A stretch of 64,000 nucleotides of DNA from an uncultured Gammaproteobacteria bacterium (GCA_963976285.1 CAXBJY010000005.1:75242-139241); one strand, 5' to 3'. Shown: positions 39,277 through 50,175, numbered from the stretch's first letter. Program-made: numbers and translations. Notes: generated from the letters alone by a model not told the origin.

Positions 39277-40620
39277 ATGAGTCTGACCGTCAAGGTGCTG
39301 ATCGGCATGGCGGCGGGGATCGTCGTCGGGCTCGCGATCAATCTGAGCGGCGCGAATGCGACGGGTTCGATCGTGAACACGTATGTCGTCGACGGGCTGT
39401 TCCATGTCGTCGGCACGATGTTCATCAACGGGCTGAAGATGCTCGTGGTACCGCTCGTGTTCTTCTCGCTCGTGTGCGGCGTGTGCGGGATCGGCAATAT
39501 CGGCATGCTCGGGCGCGTTGGCGGCAAGGCGTTTGCGTTGTATATGCTCACGACCGCGGTCGCGATTGGCTTATCGATCACGATTGCCACGCTGTTCGGT
39601 ATCGGCGAAGGCATGCAGCGCGATGGTGCCGGTGCGTTTGCCGGGCGTGAATCGCCGCCGCTGTCGCAGGTTCTGATTAACATCATTCCGAGTAATCCCG
39701 TCAGGGCAATGGCGGACGGCGATATGCTGCCGATCATCGTGTTCGCGATCCTGTGCGGGATCAGCATGCTCATGGTGGGGCGCAAGGCGCGCAGTTTCGT
39801 CGAAGGCGCGGAAATCGCGAACGAGATCATGATGAAGATGGTCATGATCGTGATGGCGGTGGCGCCGTACGCGGTGTTCGCACTGATCGGCAAGGCACTC
39901 GCGGAACTCGGTTTCGATTTGCTGACCTCGCTTGCGGGCTACGTTGGTGTACTCGTCGGTTCGCTGTTTCTGCATCTGTTCGTCACGCTGATGATCGTGT
40001 TGAAACTGTTCTCGGGATTAAGTCCGGCGATTTTCCTGCGCAAGATGCGCAGCGCGCAGGTGTTCGCGTTCAGTACCGCGAGTTCGAACGCGACGATCCC
40101 GGTGACGATGCGCACCGTCACGGAACGGCTCGGGGTGAGCAATTCCGTCGCCTCGTTTACGGTGCCGTTCGGGGCCACGATCAACATGGACGGCACGGCG
40201 ATCATGCAGGGCGTCGCGACCGTGTTCATCGCGAACGTCTATATGATCGATCTCAGCACGGGCGATTATCTCACCGTGATCGCGATGTCCGTACTCGCCT
40301 CGATCGGTACCGCCGGCGTGCCCGGGGTCGGTTTGATCATGCTGTCGATGGTGTTCGTGCAGGTCAACCTGCCGGTCGAGGGGATCGGGCTCGTGCTAGG
40401 CGTGGACCGGCTCATGGATATGTTGCGCACGGCCGTCAATGTTTCCGGCGATGCGGCGGTATCGACGATCGTGGCGAAAAGCGAAAACCGGATCAACGTC
40501 GAAACGTTCCGCGATCCGCTCGCCGGGCAGCTCGAGGATACCGGTTCGATTCGAATCGACGAGGCCGTCGAAGCGGATTTGGCCGAGGCGCTCGAGGAAA
40601 TTCACCAGCGCCGCGACTGA
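39277..40620 (+). CDS. Dicarboxylate/amino acid:cation symporter (DAACS)
   Basis: AFSTASSNATIP, GATINMDGT, DMLRTAVNV. Confidence 0.95.
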   Translation: MSLTVKVLIGMAAGIVVGLAINLSGANATGSIVNTYVVDGLFHVVGTMFINGLKMLVVPLVFFSLVCGVCGIGNIGMLGRVGGKAFALYMLTTAVAIGLSITIATLFGIGEGMQRDGAGAFAGRESPPLSQVLINIIPSNPVRAMADGDMLPIIVFAILCGISMLMVGRKARSFVEGAEIANEIMMKMVMIVMAVAPYAVFALIGKALAELGFDLLTSLAGYVGVLVGSLFLHLFVTLMIVLKLFSGLSPAIFLRKMRSAQVFAFSTASSNATIPVTMRTVTERLGVSNSVASFTVPFGATINMDGTAIMQGVATVFIANVYMIDLSTGDYLTVIAMSVLASIGTAGVPGVGLIMLSMVFVQVNLPVEGIGLVLGVDRLMDMLRTAVNVSGDAAVSTIVAKSENRINVETFRDPLAGQLEDTGSIRIDEAVEADLAEALEEIHQRRD

Positions 40621-40734
40621 GCGTACCCGCGGCGTGCGGCGCGGCTATGCCGGGCTTGTAAATTGCCCGGTGGCCGGATTGAATACGGTTCACCGCGAGT
40701 GCGGATTTTCACCACCAAGCGAGGAGCAACGGCA

Positions 40735-41127
40735 ATGGCCAAGCGAATTATCCCGGCTCAGATGCAGAGCTATTATGACGGTTATCATTTTGCACCGGCC
40801 GTGATCGACGGCAAGCACGTACGCTGCTCAGGCGTTATCGGTACGAATCTGTCCGACGGCACGGTGTCGGACGATCCGGGCACGCAGTTCAAGCAGGCTT
40901 TCGATAATCTGAAACTCGTACTGAAAGAAGCGGGCGTCTCGTTCGCCGATGTGACGGAAATGACGACGTTTCACGTCGGCCTGCAACAGCATATCGAGAC
41001 GTTTATCGGGGTCAAGGACAATTACATGAAAGAGCCGTACTGTGCGTGGACCGCGATCGGTATCACGGAACTCGCGATCCCCGGTGGCATTGTCGAAATC
41101 CGCGTTACCGCGCGCAAGCCGGACTAA
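40735..41127 (+). CDS. RidA/YjgF family protein
   Basis: FAPAV, SGVIG, WTAIGITEL..PG..VEI. Confidence 0.88.
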   Translation: MAKRIIPAQMQSYYDGYHFAPAVIDGKHVRCSGVIGTNLSDGTVSDDPGTQFKQAFDNLKLVLKEAGVSFADVTEMTTFHVGLQQHIETFIGVKDNYMKEPYCAWTAIGITELAIPGGIVEIRVTARKPD

Positions 41128-41275
41128 ACAGGTCTGCGTAACTCTGTGACACTGTAGCTTCGGGACCGGAACCACTGTCTACACCCCGTCCTGAGTCCCT
41201 TCCCCTCGATTTGAGGGGAAGGGTACCTGGTCCACCAGGGTCGGTGTTGCGCAATTTGGAGCACGTATTTAGTCC
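41121..41275. repeat. Dispersed structured repeat/MITE-like element, copy 2
   Basis: Matches 11060-11195; termini GGACTAAA...TTTAGTCC are inverted; perfect hairpin CCCTTCCCCTC-GATTT-GAGGGGAAGGG. Confidence 0.85.
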
Positions 41276-41321
41276 AGGCGATCAATTCCCGGGCGGCGGG
41301 TCTGCGCCGCCCGCATCGCAC

Positions 41322-41603
41322 TCAGCGGTCTAGCCCGACCGAAAACACCGCTTCGAGGTCGTGACGCGAGTACGCCTTGAATGCGATCATCGTTTCCGTG
41401 TGCTCGATTCCCTCGATAGTTACCATCTTCTGGGTCACGAGATCCGCGATTTGTTCGTTGTCATGCACGCGAACAATCGCAACCACGTCGTGACTGCCCC
41501 CGACGGAATAAACCTCTGAAATTTCCGGCAAGTCGGCAAGTGTTTCGGCGACGTTGTTGATGCTGCCGTGTCGCGTGCGAATCAAAACGATGGCATTGAC
41601 CAT
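41322..41603 (-). CDS. Lrp/AsnC ligand-binding domain protein (no HTH)
   Basis: MVNAIVLI...SEVYSVGG.HD, GIEHTETMIAF. Confidence 0.85.
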   Translation of the reverse strand: MVNAIVLIRTRHGSINNVAETLADLPEISEVYSVGGSHDVVAIVRVHDNEQIADLVTQKMVTIEGIEHTETMIAFKAYSRHDLEAVFSVGLDR

Positions 41604-41900
41604 GGGTAGCGGTACCTCGGGTACAGGTTGATGCGTGCGCCAACGCGAAGCCGCCGGCGGACGCGAGCATGGTACCCGGTGCGCCGTGACGGCGAAAGGC
41701 AAGGCGTGGCGACGGTGCAAGGCGGAGCGGTGGCGGCGCCGTGCCATGCCCCGGTCGTGCAGCGACCCCGCAAGCCGGGCGCGCGCGGGCGCAATCGACG
41801 TTTAGTTGATCGGGCGCAATTACGTCCCGGCGTCTGCGGATACTGTTAAGCGGTGCTGCGAAATGCACGACTATCGAACAGAGTAAAAGGGAAGCAGACC

Positions 41901-42386
41901 ATGTTGCATTATGTTTCCGGTGACATTTTGTTGACCCGGGCCGTCGCGATTGCTCACGGGGTTGCGCCGAACGATCATTTCGATTCCGGGCTGGCTTTGT
42001 CGCTGCGTGAGCGCTGGCCGGCGATGTACAAGGATTTTCGGCACTACTGCCATACCGGTGACTGCAAAGCGGGCGGAATCTGGGCGTGGGCGGGCGCCGA
42101 CGGCACCCGGATCGTGAACCTGTTGACCCAGGAAGCGCCGGCGAGCCAGAACCAGCGGCCCGGGCCCGCAAGCGAGACTTACGTCGGCCATGCCCTGCAT
42201 GCGCTGGCGCAATTCCTCGTCGACGAGGAGATTCCCTCGCTCGCAATGCCGCGGCTCGCGACCGGGGTTGGCAAGCTGCCGTGGGATGTCGTGAAGCCGT
42301 TGATCGAGCGCCACCTGGGGTCCGTCGACATGCCGATTTACGTCTACGAGACCTACCACGCGGGCCAGGCGGGAAAAGAGGCCTGA
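41901..42386 (+). CDS. Macro domain protein
   Basis: VSGDIL, AHGV, GLA..LRERWP, NLLTQ, SLAMPRLATGVG.L.W. Confidence 0.85.
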   Translation: MLHYVSGDILLTRAVAIAHGVAPNDHFDSGLALSLRERWPAMYKDFRHYCHTGDCKAGGIWAWAGADGTRIVNLLTQEAPASQNQRPGPASETYVGHALHALAQFLVDEEIPSLAMPRLATGVGKLPWDVVKPLIERHLGSVDMPIYVYETYHAGQAGKEA

Positions 42387-42560
42387 ACCCGATTCGGTCG
42401 TCGCGACGAGCAGTCGTGCGCCGCGAATTTGCCTGCCCTATACTCAGGCACGGCCTGCCGCGGGCGGGGCGGCAGCACGACGGCGGCGGGGCGGGTTCCG
42501 CGGCGCGTCCCGCAGGGTCCGCATGCTAACGAAACACCTGAACTCACCGGGAGCAAGCTG

Positions 42561-43355
42561 ATGGATGCGATAGCAAAAATGAAGGCCGCCGCGCGCGACG
42601 GCTGGTCGACGTTCGCGCCGTTCGAAAGCGTGACCAGTACCGCCGCGCCCACACTCATCGAATTCGCCGGGATTGCACCGGGCCAGCGTGTCCTCGATGT
42701 CGCCTGTGGCACCGGGGTCGTCGCCATCACGGCCGCACGCGCCGGCGCGCAGGTCTGCGGTCTCGATCTGACCCCGGCATTGCTGGCGCGGGCGCGCGAG
42801 AACGCCGCGCTGGCCACTGCGGCGATCGAGTTTCACGAGGGCGATGTCGAAGACCTGCCGTTCGGCGATGCCGAATTCGATTGCGTCGTCAGCCAGTTCG
42901 GACACATGTTCGGTCCACGACCCGACATCACACTCGCCGAGATGCTGCGCGTACTGAAGCCGGGCGGCACGATCGCGTTTTCGACGTGGCCGCCGGAACT
43001 GTATACCGGCGCGATGTTCCGCCTCATCGGTACCTACGCGCCACCCCCGCCGGAGGGGACCTCGCCACCGGGCGCCTGGGGCGACCCCGCGACCGTGCGC
43101 GAACGCTTTGGTGATCGCGTCGTGGACGTCAAATTCAGCGCGGGCACGATGTGGATGCCGGCGTTGAGCCCCGCCCACGTTCGCGTATTTACGGAAGCGA
43201 ACGCCGGTCCCGTGACACGCCTGATCGACATGCTCGCTGACGACCCGGCGCGCCTCGCGCGGTTTCGCGAGGAAATCGAAGCGCTTGCAGCGGACTTTTT
43301 CGCCGACAACCGCCTGCGGCAGGATTACCTCATGAGTCGCGCGACGAAGCGCTGA
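42561..43355 (+). CDS. Class I SAM-dependent methyltransferase
   Basis: VLDVACGTG, GDVEDLPF, RVLKPGG. Confidence 0.92.
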   Translation: MDAIAKMKAAARDGWSTFAPFESVTSTAAPTLIEFAGIAPGQRVLDVACGTGVVAITAARAGAQVCGLDLTPALLARARENAALATAAIEFHEGDVEDLPFGDAEFDCVVSQFGHMFGPRPDITLAEMLRVLKPGGTIAFSTWPPELYTGAMFRLIGTYAPPPPEGTSPPGAWGDPATVRERFGDRVVDVKFSAGTMWMPALSPAHVRVFTEANAGPVTRLIDMLADDPARLARFREEIEALAADFFADNRLRQDYLMSRATKR

Positions 43356-43371
43356 GCGAAATTACGCCGGA

Positions 43372-45021
43372 CTACATATACGTACTGCCCTTCATCCCGG
43401 TCGCGATATCCTGGCGCATGACGACGTTGATCAATGCCGGCTTGCCCGAAGCGAACGCGCGTTCCAGCGCCGGTGCGATTTCGTCGGGGCGCTCGCAGTG
43501 TTCCCCGTGTCCGCCCATCGCTTCGACGATTTTATCGTAACGCGTCGGATTCAGTTTCGTTGCCACGAGCCGGTCTTCGCCGTAGACCTGCACCTGCGGC
43601 CGCGCCATCTGTCCCCACGCGGCGTCGTTGCCGACGATGCCGACGATCGGCAGACCAAAACGCACCGCGGTGTCGTATTCAAAGCCGTTCAGCCCGAACG
43701 CGCCGTCGCCGTAGATAATCAGCACCCGTTTGTCCGGTTGCGCAATCTGCGCCGCGAGCGCGAACGGCATGCCGACCCCGAGCGTGCCGAGCGGGCCCGG
43801 GTCCATCCAGCAATTTTCTTTCGGTACCGGCAGGACTTTCGACGCCTGGGCGACGATGTCGCCGCCGTCGCCGATCAGGATCATGTCCTTGTCGGCAACG
43901 TAATCGCGGATCTCGCGGCACAGGCGCAGTGGATCGACGGGCACTTCGTCGGAATTCAACTGCGTCGCGAACGCGGCTTCGAGTTCGTCTTCGCGGGCGA
44001 TCAGCGTATCGCGCCAGCTACTGTAGTCGAGCGCTTTGCCGCTGCTGGCGGTCGTTCCGACGAGGGCGTCGAACGCTGCGGCAAGATTACCGACGACGGC
44101 GGCGTCGGGCGAACGGTTCGTGCCGATTAATTCGTTTTCGATGTCGAGCTGGATGATTTTCGCATCCGCCGGAATCGTCGCGCCGTAGCCGAGGCGGAAG
44201 TCGAGCAACACGCCCGCGCAGACGAATACATCGCATTTTGTGATCGCTTCCTTGCGCACGCGGTTCAGCAATTCAGGCGTACCCGGCTTCACCGCGCCGC
44301 GGCCCATGCCGTTGACGAACGTCGGAATATGCGTCGACTCGATGAATTGCTGTACGGCGCCGGACGCGTTCGACCACTTCACACTCGTACCGACCATCAT
44401 GACGGGTCGTTCGGCACCCGCGAGGATCGCGAGCGCGGCATCGACATCGGTTTGCGGCGGCAGCATCAATGGTGGTTGCGTGCGGATCTTCGGGAAGCGA
44501 ACTTCGTCCCATTCGGCTTCCGCGCTCAAGACGTCCATCGGGATTTCGAGGAAGGCCGGGCCGGGATTACCGGACACGGCGTGGCGTATGCCCATTTCGA
44601 TGTAGTCGGGGATTCGCTTCGTGTCGTAACACGTGTCGGCCCATTTCGTGATCGGTTTCATCACCGCGACATGGTCCATCTCCTGCAGCGAGCCACGGCG
44701 GAGATTGTGAAACGGCCCCTGGCCGCCGATGACGAGGATCGGGCTGTTCGCGCGCCACGCGTTCGCTACCCCCGTAACCCCGTCCGTGACCCCGGGACCG
44801 GCCGTGAGTACGGCACAGCCGATCTTGCCCGGATTCAGCCGACTCCAGGCATCCGCGGCGTGCACCGCGGCTTGTTCGTGGCGCACGTCGATGATCCTGA
44901 TGCCCTCGTCGAGGCAGCCGTCGTAGATGGCCATGACGTGGCCGCCGCTCAGTGTAAAGATACATTCGACCCCGGCTTGCTTCAGTGCCCGCGCCGCGAG
45001 CTTGCCCCCATGAACGCCCAT
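43372..45021 (-). CDS. ThDP-dependent enzyme (acetolactate synthase/2-hydroxyacyl-CoA lyase-like)
   Basis: VRHEQAA, TAGPG, GDGAFG...N ThDP motif. Confidence 0.92.
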   Translation of the reverse strand: MGVHGGKLAARALKQAGVECIFTLSGGHVMAIYDGCLDEGIRIIDVRHEQAAVHAADAWSRLNPGKIGCAVLTAGPGVTDGVTGVANAWRANSPILVIGGQGPFHNLRRGSLQEMDHVAVMKPITKWADTCYDTKRIPDYIEMGIRHAVSGNPGPAFLEIPMDVLSAEAEWDEVRFPKIRTQPPLMLPPQTDVDAALAILAGAERPVMMVGTSVKWSNASGAVQQFIESTHIPTFVNGMGRGAVKPGTPELLNRVRKEAITKCDVFVCAGVLLDFRLGYGATIPADAKIIQLDIENELIGTNRSPDAAVVGNLAAAFDALVGTTASSGKALDYSSWRDTLIAREDELEAAFATQLNSDEVPVDPLRLCREIRDYVADKDMILIGDGGDIVAQASKVLPVPKENCWMDPGPLGTLGVGMPFALAAQIAQPDKRVLIIYGDGAFGLNGFEYDTAVRFGLPIVGIVGNDAAWGQMARPQVQVYGEDRLVATKLNPTRYDKIVEAMGGHGEHCERPDEIAPALERAFASGKPALINVVMRQDIATGMKGSTYM

Positions 45022-45222
45022 AGTTCCTGCTCCGTCTTGGTTTTCCCTGAATGCTATCACGCGCGCCGCGCGGACGGCCTGCGCCATGTTGTGCTGCGCC
45101 GCGCCGCCGTTGCTTGCGTGTCGCGATGTCCTCGGGCAGCATCGGTGCGCAATTCCGGAACTGCCGCCAATACCCGGCGAGCGGGTATGCTGCAGCTCGC
45201 CGGCAGACACAGGGGCGCTGCA

Positions 45223-46164
45223 ATGCATTCCGATCACGGACCCAGGACGCAGTCGACGGGGCTTCACCGATGGCGCGATATCGCTAATGTGCTGCAGGTC
45301 CAGTTTGACTTTGATGCACCGCAACCGGAGGACTTCGTCGGCAGCATTGTCGACCACGATCTCGGGCCCGTGCGTCTCTACGAAATCGAAGCGACGGCGC
45401 ACGTTGCGCGCCGGAACACGACCGGCTGCGTTCACGGCGAGCTGCCGCGGACGCTGGTCACGATGCACGAGGCGGGGGCCTGCGAAGTTGAACATCGCGG
45501 CACGGTGCATGCGCTCGCACCAGGGGACATGACGATCCTGCACAGTGCGCAGCCGTTTACGCTGCGTTTCCCCGGACCGATGCGGGAACACGTGATGAGT
45601 ATCCCGGCGCAATTGCTCGGGCACGAAATGATCGCCTCGCGCCACCTCGCCGCAATTTCAATTCCGTGTCGCGAAGGCATCGGTCGCATCGCCCGCGAGC
45701 TGCTCGCGAGCACGCTGACGAGTGTGGCGGAGCTCTCGACGACGGAGCGCGAACGGGTCGCGCACTCGCTGATCGATGTGTTCAACACGCTCGCGGGTTC
45801 GGTCCTCGCGACCGCCGGCAAGGACCTGATGGACAACGGTGCCTACCAGGTTGAACGCATTACCCAGTATATGTACGAGAATCTGCGCGACCCGACGCTC
45901 AGCGCGCGTAACATCGCCGAGGCGCTCGGGATTTCGCGGCGTTACATGAACAAGCTGTTTCAACGCGAAGGGACGACGGTCGGCCGCGCACTGCTGGCAC
46001 GACGGCTCGAAGGGAGTTACCGGGATCTGAGCGATCCGTACAAGCGCGCCCGTTCAGTGACTGAGATCGCCTACGCGTGGGGGTTCAACAGTCCCTCGCA
46101 TTTCAGTCGCGCGTTTCGTCAGCGTTTCGGTATGAGTCCGCGTGAAGCCCGCGGCGGCGGTTGA
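45223..46164 (+). CDS. AraC-family regulator (FeaR-like)
   Basis: NLRDPTLS..IA..LGISRRY, VTEIAYAWGFNSPSHFSRAFR. Confidence 0.9.
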   Translation: MHSDHGPRTQSTGLHRWRDIANVLQVQFDFDAPQPEDFVGSIVDHDLGPVRLYEIEATAHVARRNTTGCVHGELPRTLVTMHEAGACEVEHRGTVHALAPGDMTILHSAQPFTLRFPGPMREHVMSIPAQLLGHEMIASRHLAAISIPCREGIGRIARELLASTLTSVAELSTTERERVAHSLIDVFNTLAGSVLATAGKDLMDNGAYQVERITQYMYENLRDPTLSARNIAEALGISRRYMNKLFQREGTTVGRALLARRLEGSYRDLSDPYKRARSVTEIAYAWGFNSPSHFSRAFRQRFGMSPREARGGG

Positions 46165-46186
46165 GGCAGGACCGGCGCCGCCGCGG

Positions 46187-46669
46187 TCACGCGTTCGCGT
46201 CGGAGCGGTCGGCGGGATCCTCGTCGGACATTTTTTCGACGAGTTCATCGAGCAGTTCGTACAGCAGCTCGAGTTTGCCGTAGCCGAAGCGCGCCGTGAT
46301 GTCGGCGTAGCGGGCCTCGTTGATCGGCGAGAGCTGTTCGAACAGGGCGCGTCCGCGCGGCGCGATCGAGATCATCGAGCGACGTTGATCCTCCCGCGCC
46401 ACGTTGCGCTCGACGAGGCCGCGCTGATGAAGATTCTGCAGGATCCGCGACACGCTCGGGGTGAGCAGCGCACAGCGCTCGGCAATTTCTGTTGCATCGA
46501 GGCGCTCGTTTTCCACGAGAACCCGGATCACCCGCCACTGCTGGGGCGACAAGCCGTGCTGCTTCAACGCCGGGGTGAACTTCTTCATGACGACTTCACG
46601 CGCCTTCAGCAGCGCCATCGGCAGTGAACGGTCGAACTGGCGCATCGGAATGTTTGCTCGCGGGGCCAT
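46187..46669 (-). CDS. hpaR: Homoprotocatechuate operon repressor, MarR family
   Basis: SLPMALLKAREVVM..F.P.L, QQWRVIR, DQRR; hpa context. Confidence 0.88.
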   Translation of the reverse strand: MAPRANIPMRQFDRSLPMALLKAREVVMKKFTPALKQHGLSPQQWRVIRVLVENERLDATEIAERCALLTPSVSRILQNLHQRGLVERNVAREDQRRSMISIAPRGRALFEQLSPINEARYADITARFGYGKLELLYELLDELVEKMSDEDPADRSDANA

Positions 46670-46679
46670 CGTGCTGCGT

Positions 46680-47540
46680 TCAGCCCGCGGTCGGGTCGTC
46701 GATCACGCCGTTACGCAACAGACCGATCCGGGGAACTTCGATTTCGACGGTATCGCCCGGGGCCAGGTAGCGCGGTGGATCGAAGCGGGCGCCGGCACCG
46801 AGCGGGGTACCGGTCGAGATGATGTCGCCGGGTTTCAAAATGAAGAACGTCGACAGGTAGCTGATCAGGAACCGAAACGGAAACATCAGGTTCGCCGTCG
46901 TGTCGTGCTGACGTTGCTCGCCGTTGACCCGGGTCGTGAGCACGAGATCGTCATAATGCTCGAATTCATCAGCGGTAACGATCCACGGCCCCACGCTGCC
47001 GGAATGGACGAAATTCTTGCCCTGCGTGACATTGAATTTCGCGTGGCGGATCCAGTCGCGCAGCGTCCCTTCGTTGAGCAGGGTCAGGCCGGCGATATGA
47101 TCGAGGGCATCGCGTTCGGCGATGCGGTGACCGGACTTGCCGATGACGAGCGCGATCTCGCCTTCGTAATCGAGTTGCGCGGATTCCGGCGGACGCCATA
47201 ACGGCGCATCGTGGCCGGTGAACGAATCGATCGTGCGCATGAACAGGCTCGGCCACTCGGGTTCGTCCGAGCCATCCTTGTACTCCGCGTTACGGTTCGC
47301 GTAGTTCACCCCGATGCAGGCGATCTTTTCCGGGCGCTCGACCGGCACCTCGAACGTCACCGCGGCGGGGTCGTGATCGGGCGCGGTGCGGGTCGCGAGC
47401 TCGCGGACTTCGGCGAGCGTGTCGTTGTGCAACACCTCGATCACGCTGCCGCCGATGCGCGCACCGAGATCGACGATGCCGCGTTCGTCGATCACCCCCC
47501 AGGACCGCGAGACGCCGGTCGAAAATGTACAAAGTCGCAT
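46680..47540 (-). CDS. Fumarylacetoacetate hydrolase family protein (HpaG-like, single domain)
   Basis: CIGVNY, LDYEGE, QGKNF, LKPGDIISTGTP. Confidence 0.88.
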   Translation of the reverse strand: MRLCTFSTGVSRSWGVIDERGIVDLGARIGGSVIEVLHNDTLAEVRELATRTAPDHDPAAVTFEVPVERPEKIACIGVNYANRNAEYKDGSDEPEWPSLFMRTIDSFTGHDAPLWRPPESAQLDYEGEIALVIGKSGHRIAERDALDHIAGLTLLNEGTLRDWIRHAKFNVTQGKNFVHSGSVGPWIVTADEFEHYDDLVLTTRVNGEQRQHDTTANLMFPFRFLISYLSTFFILKPGDIISTGTPLGAGARFDPPRYLAPGDTVEIEVPRIGLLRNGVIDDPTAG

Positions 47541-47558
47541 TGCGTCGCCTGATTACTA

Positions 47559-47716
47559 TTAACGCGTTAACTATAATTGAATTATTCCGGATGATGCAAG
47601 ACAGTCACCGTGATTGATAAAATTGCGCATATTTTGCCAATAACTGTCATTATGGCCCGCGGATGCGTCCGCCTGCGGGCACTTGAATTGACGGAAACTA
47701 ATTAACAGGTTATGTT
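47559..47716. promoter_or_regulatory. Divergent promoters with two HpaR-like operators
   Basis: TTAACGCGTTAA (47559-47570) and TTAACAGGTTAT (47702-47713); TTGACG-N17-TATGTT at 47688-47716. Confidence 0.65.
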
Positions 47717-47744
47717 TTGACCGGACTCAACGCTGGCAACGCCG

Positions 47745-49262
47745 ATGACCGATCTCGACCACAACTTGCGCGCCGTCGCGCCTTATCTCGAACGTTACCG
47801 GAACCACGTCACCGGACATTTCATTAACGGCAAAACCGTCGTGCCGCCCGGGGCCGCCACGTTCGACAACCTGAGCCCGGTTGATAACGCGACGCTCGGC
47901 GCGGTTGTGCGGGGGACAACGGCGGATGTCGACGCCGCCTGCGCCGCGGCGGCCGCGGCGTTTCCCGCGTGGCGCGATACGAGCGGGGCGGAGCGCCGCA
48001 AGCGCCTGAATCATTTCGCCGATCTCGTCGTCGCGCGGGCGGAGGAAATCGCTCTCGTCGAATCGATGGACTGCGGTCAGCCGATCCGGTTCATGCAGCA
48101 GGCGGCCCTGCGCGGCGCGGCGAATTTCCGCTTCTTCGCCGACAAGGCACCGGAGGCGCGCAACGGGCAAGCGCTGCATCAGGACGAACACACGAATTTC
48201 ACGATCCGTTCCCCGATCGGGCCGGTCGCGATCATCACGCCGTGGAATACGCCGTTCATGCTTGCGACGTGGAAAATCGCGCCGGCGCTCGCGGCCGGCT
48301 GCACGGTCGTACACAAGCCGGCGGAACTGAGCCCCCTGACCGCGATGATCCTCGCGGAAATCAGTGCCGAGGCGGGGATCCCTGCCGGGGTGTGGAATAC
48401 CGTCAACGGTTTCGGCGAGGATGCCGGCAAGCATCTGACGGAGCACCCGGCCATCAAGGCCGTCGCGCTCGTCGGCGAAGGTGAAACCGGCAGTCACATC
48501 ATGCGCCAGGGCGCCGCAACGCTGAAGCGCGTTCATTTCGAACTCGGCGGCAAGAATCCCGTCATCGTGTTCGACGATGCGAATTTCGAGCGCGCGCTCG
48601 ATGCGGTCGTGTTCATGATCTACAGCCTGAACGGACAACGTTGTACGTCGAGTTCACGTCTGCTCGTGCAATCCGGGATCCGCGATCGCTTCATCGATGC
48701 CGTGGCGGCGCGCGCGGCGAATCTGCGAGTGGGTCATCCGCTCGATCCGCGCACGGAAGTCGGTCCGCTCGTGCACCACGAGCATTTCGCGAAAGTCCAG
48801 AGTTACGTCGAGGCGGCCCGCGGCGACGGCGCGACGATCGCGGTTGGCGGTGAGCGGCGCGACGATCTCGGTCCCGGTAACTACATGAATCCGACCCTGT
48901 TCACGGAGGCCGACAACCGCATGCGGGTTGCCCGCGAAGAGATCTTCGGTCCCGTGCTGACGGCGATTTCCTTCGATACGGAAGACGAGGCCGTGGCGAT
49001 TGCGAACGACACGCCGTACGGACTGGCCGGCTACGTGTGGACAGCGGACGCGGGACGGGTGATGCGGCTCGCGCGCCGGATCGACGCGGGTATGCTGTGG
49101 TTCAACTCGGAGAACAACCGTAATTTGCCGTCGCCGTTCGGGGGCATGAAAATGAGCGGTATAGGCCGGGACGGCGGCGACTACAGCTTCGAGTTCTACA
49201 TGGAAACGAAGAACGTCTGTATCGCGCACGATACGCATACGGTGCCGGTGCTCGGTCGCTGA
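47745..49262 (+). CDS. hpaE: 5-carboxymethyl-2-hydroxymuconate semialdehyde dehydrogenase
   Basis: ALDH motifs PWN, ELGGK, YSLNGQRCT, EEIFGP; hpa context. Confidence 0.92.
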   Translation: MTDLDHNLRAVAPYLERYRNHVTGHFINGKTVVPPGAATFDNLSPVDNATLGAVVRGTTADVDAACAAAAAAFPAWRDTSGAERRKRLNHFADLVVARAEEIALVESMDCGQPIRFMQQAALRGAANFRFFADKAPEARNGQALHQDEHTNFTIRSPIGPVAIITPWNTPFMLATWKIAPALAAGCTVVHKPAELSPLTAMILAEISAEAGIPAGVWNTVNGFGEDAGKHLTEHPAIKAVALVGEGETGSHIMRQGAATLKRVHFELGGKNPVIVFDDANFERALDAVVFMIYSLNGQRCTSSSRLLVQSGIRDRFIDAVAARAANLRVGHPLDPRTEVGPLVHHEHFAKVQSYVEAARGDGATIAVGGERRDDLGPGNYMNPTLFTEADNRMRVAREEIFGPVLTAISFDTEDEAVAIANDTPYGLAGYVWTADAGRVMRLARRIDAGMLWFNSENNRNLPSPFGGMKMSGIGRDGGDYSFEFYMETKNVCIAHDTHTVPVLGR

Positions 49263-49274
49263 CAGGAGAACACG

Positions 49275-50126
49275 ATGGGTGAGATAGCGTTCGCGGCGAA
49301 AATAACTCACGTGCCGTCAATGTATTTGTCCGAGCTCGACGGCCCGCACAAGGGATGTCGCGAAGCGGCGATCGCGGGTCACCGGGAAATTTCGCGTCGT
49401 TGTCGCGACCTCGGCGTCGACACGATCGTGGTTTTCGACACGCACTGGCTCGTGAACTCCGGCTATCACATCAACAGCGCCCCGCATTTCAAGGGACTGT
49501 ACACGAGCAACGAACTGCCGCATTTCATCAAGAACCTGCCGTATGAGTACGACGGCAATCCCTCACTCGGCGATTTGATCGCGGACGCGGCGACCGCGGC
49601 CGGAGTGCACACACGAGCGCACAATGCGACAAGCCTGCCGCTCGAGTACGGCACGCTCGTGCCGATGCGCTACATGAATACCGATCGGGTTTTCAGGGTC
49701 GTATCGGTGTCGGCCATGTGCACGGTGCACGATTTGTCCGACAGCGCGAAGCTCGGCGCCGCGTTGCGCGAGGCCGTCGAGCGCGATTACGACGGCAAGG
49801 TCGCGATATTCGCGTCCGGTTCACTGTCGCACCGGTTCGCGCAGAACGGGGTTGCGGATCAATACCTGCACAAGGTGTGGTCGCCGTTCCTCGAACAGAT
49901 GGACCACCACGTGCTCGAGATGTGGCAGGCGGGCGACTGGAAGACGTTCACGACGATGCTGCCCGAATATGCCGAGAAGTGTCACGGCGAAGGATTCATG
50001 CACGACACGGCTATGCTGCTCGGCGCGCTCGGCTGGGACGCATACACCGGGAAGGTCGAAATCGTGACGCCGTACTTTGGCAGTTCCGGTACGGGACAAC
50101 TGAATGCCGTATTCCCGGTGATCTGA
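49275..50126 (+). CDS. hpaD: 3,4-dihydroxyphenylacetate 2,3-dioxygenase
   Basis: AAKITHVPSMYLSE, FDTHWLVN, GEGFMHDTAML. Confidence 0.95.
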   Translation: MGEIAFAAKITHVPSMYLSELDGPHKGCREAAIAGHREISRRCRDLGVDTIVVFDTHWLVNSGYHINSAPHFKGLYTSNELPHFIKNLPYEYDGNPSLGDLIADAATAAGVHTRAHNATSLPLEYGTLVPMRYMNTDRVFRVVSVSAMCTVHDLSDSAKLGAALREAVERDYDGKVAIFASGSLSHRFAQNGVADQYLHKVWSPFLEQMDHHVLEMWQAGDWKTFTTMLPEYAEKCHGEGFMHDTAMLLGALGWDAYTGKVEIVTPYFGSSGTGQLNAVFPVI

Positions 50127-50175
50127 AACGCGTGCCCGACCCCGGGCAGCAACTGAGACGAATTCACTAATTGCC

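Noticed and set aside
41901-42386. Macro-domain gene as a DarG-type antitoxin or defence system
   Set aside because: No DarT/ADP-ribosyltransferase neighbour; context is housekeeping-like
43372-46164. Apparent long N-terminal extensions or overlap of the ThDP enzyme and AraC ORFs
   Set aside because: ORF-caller extension; family-typical starts at 45021 and 45223 give a normal divergent pair
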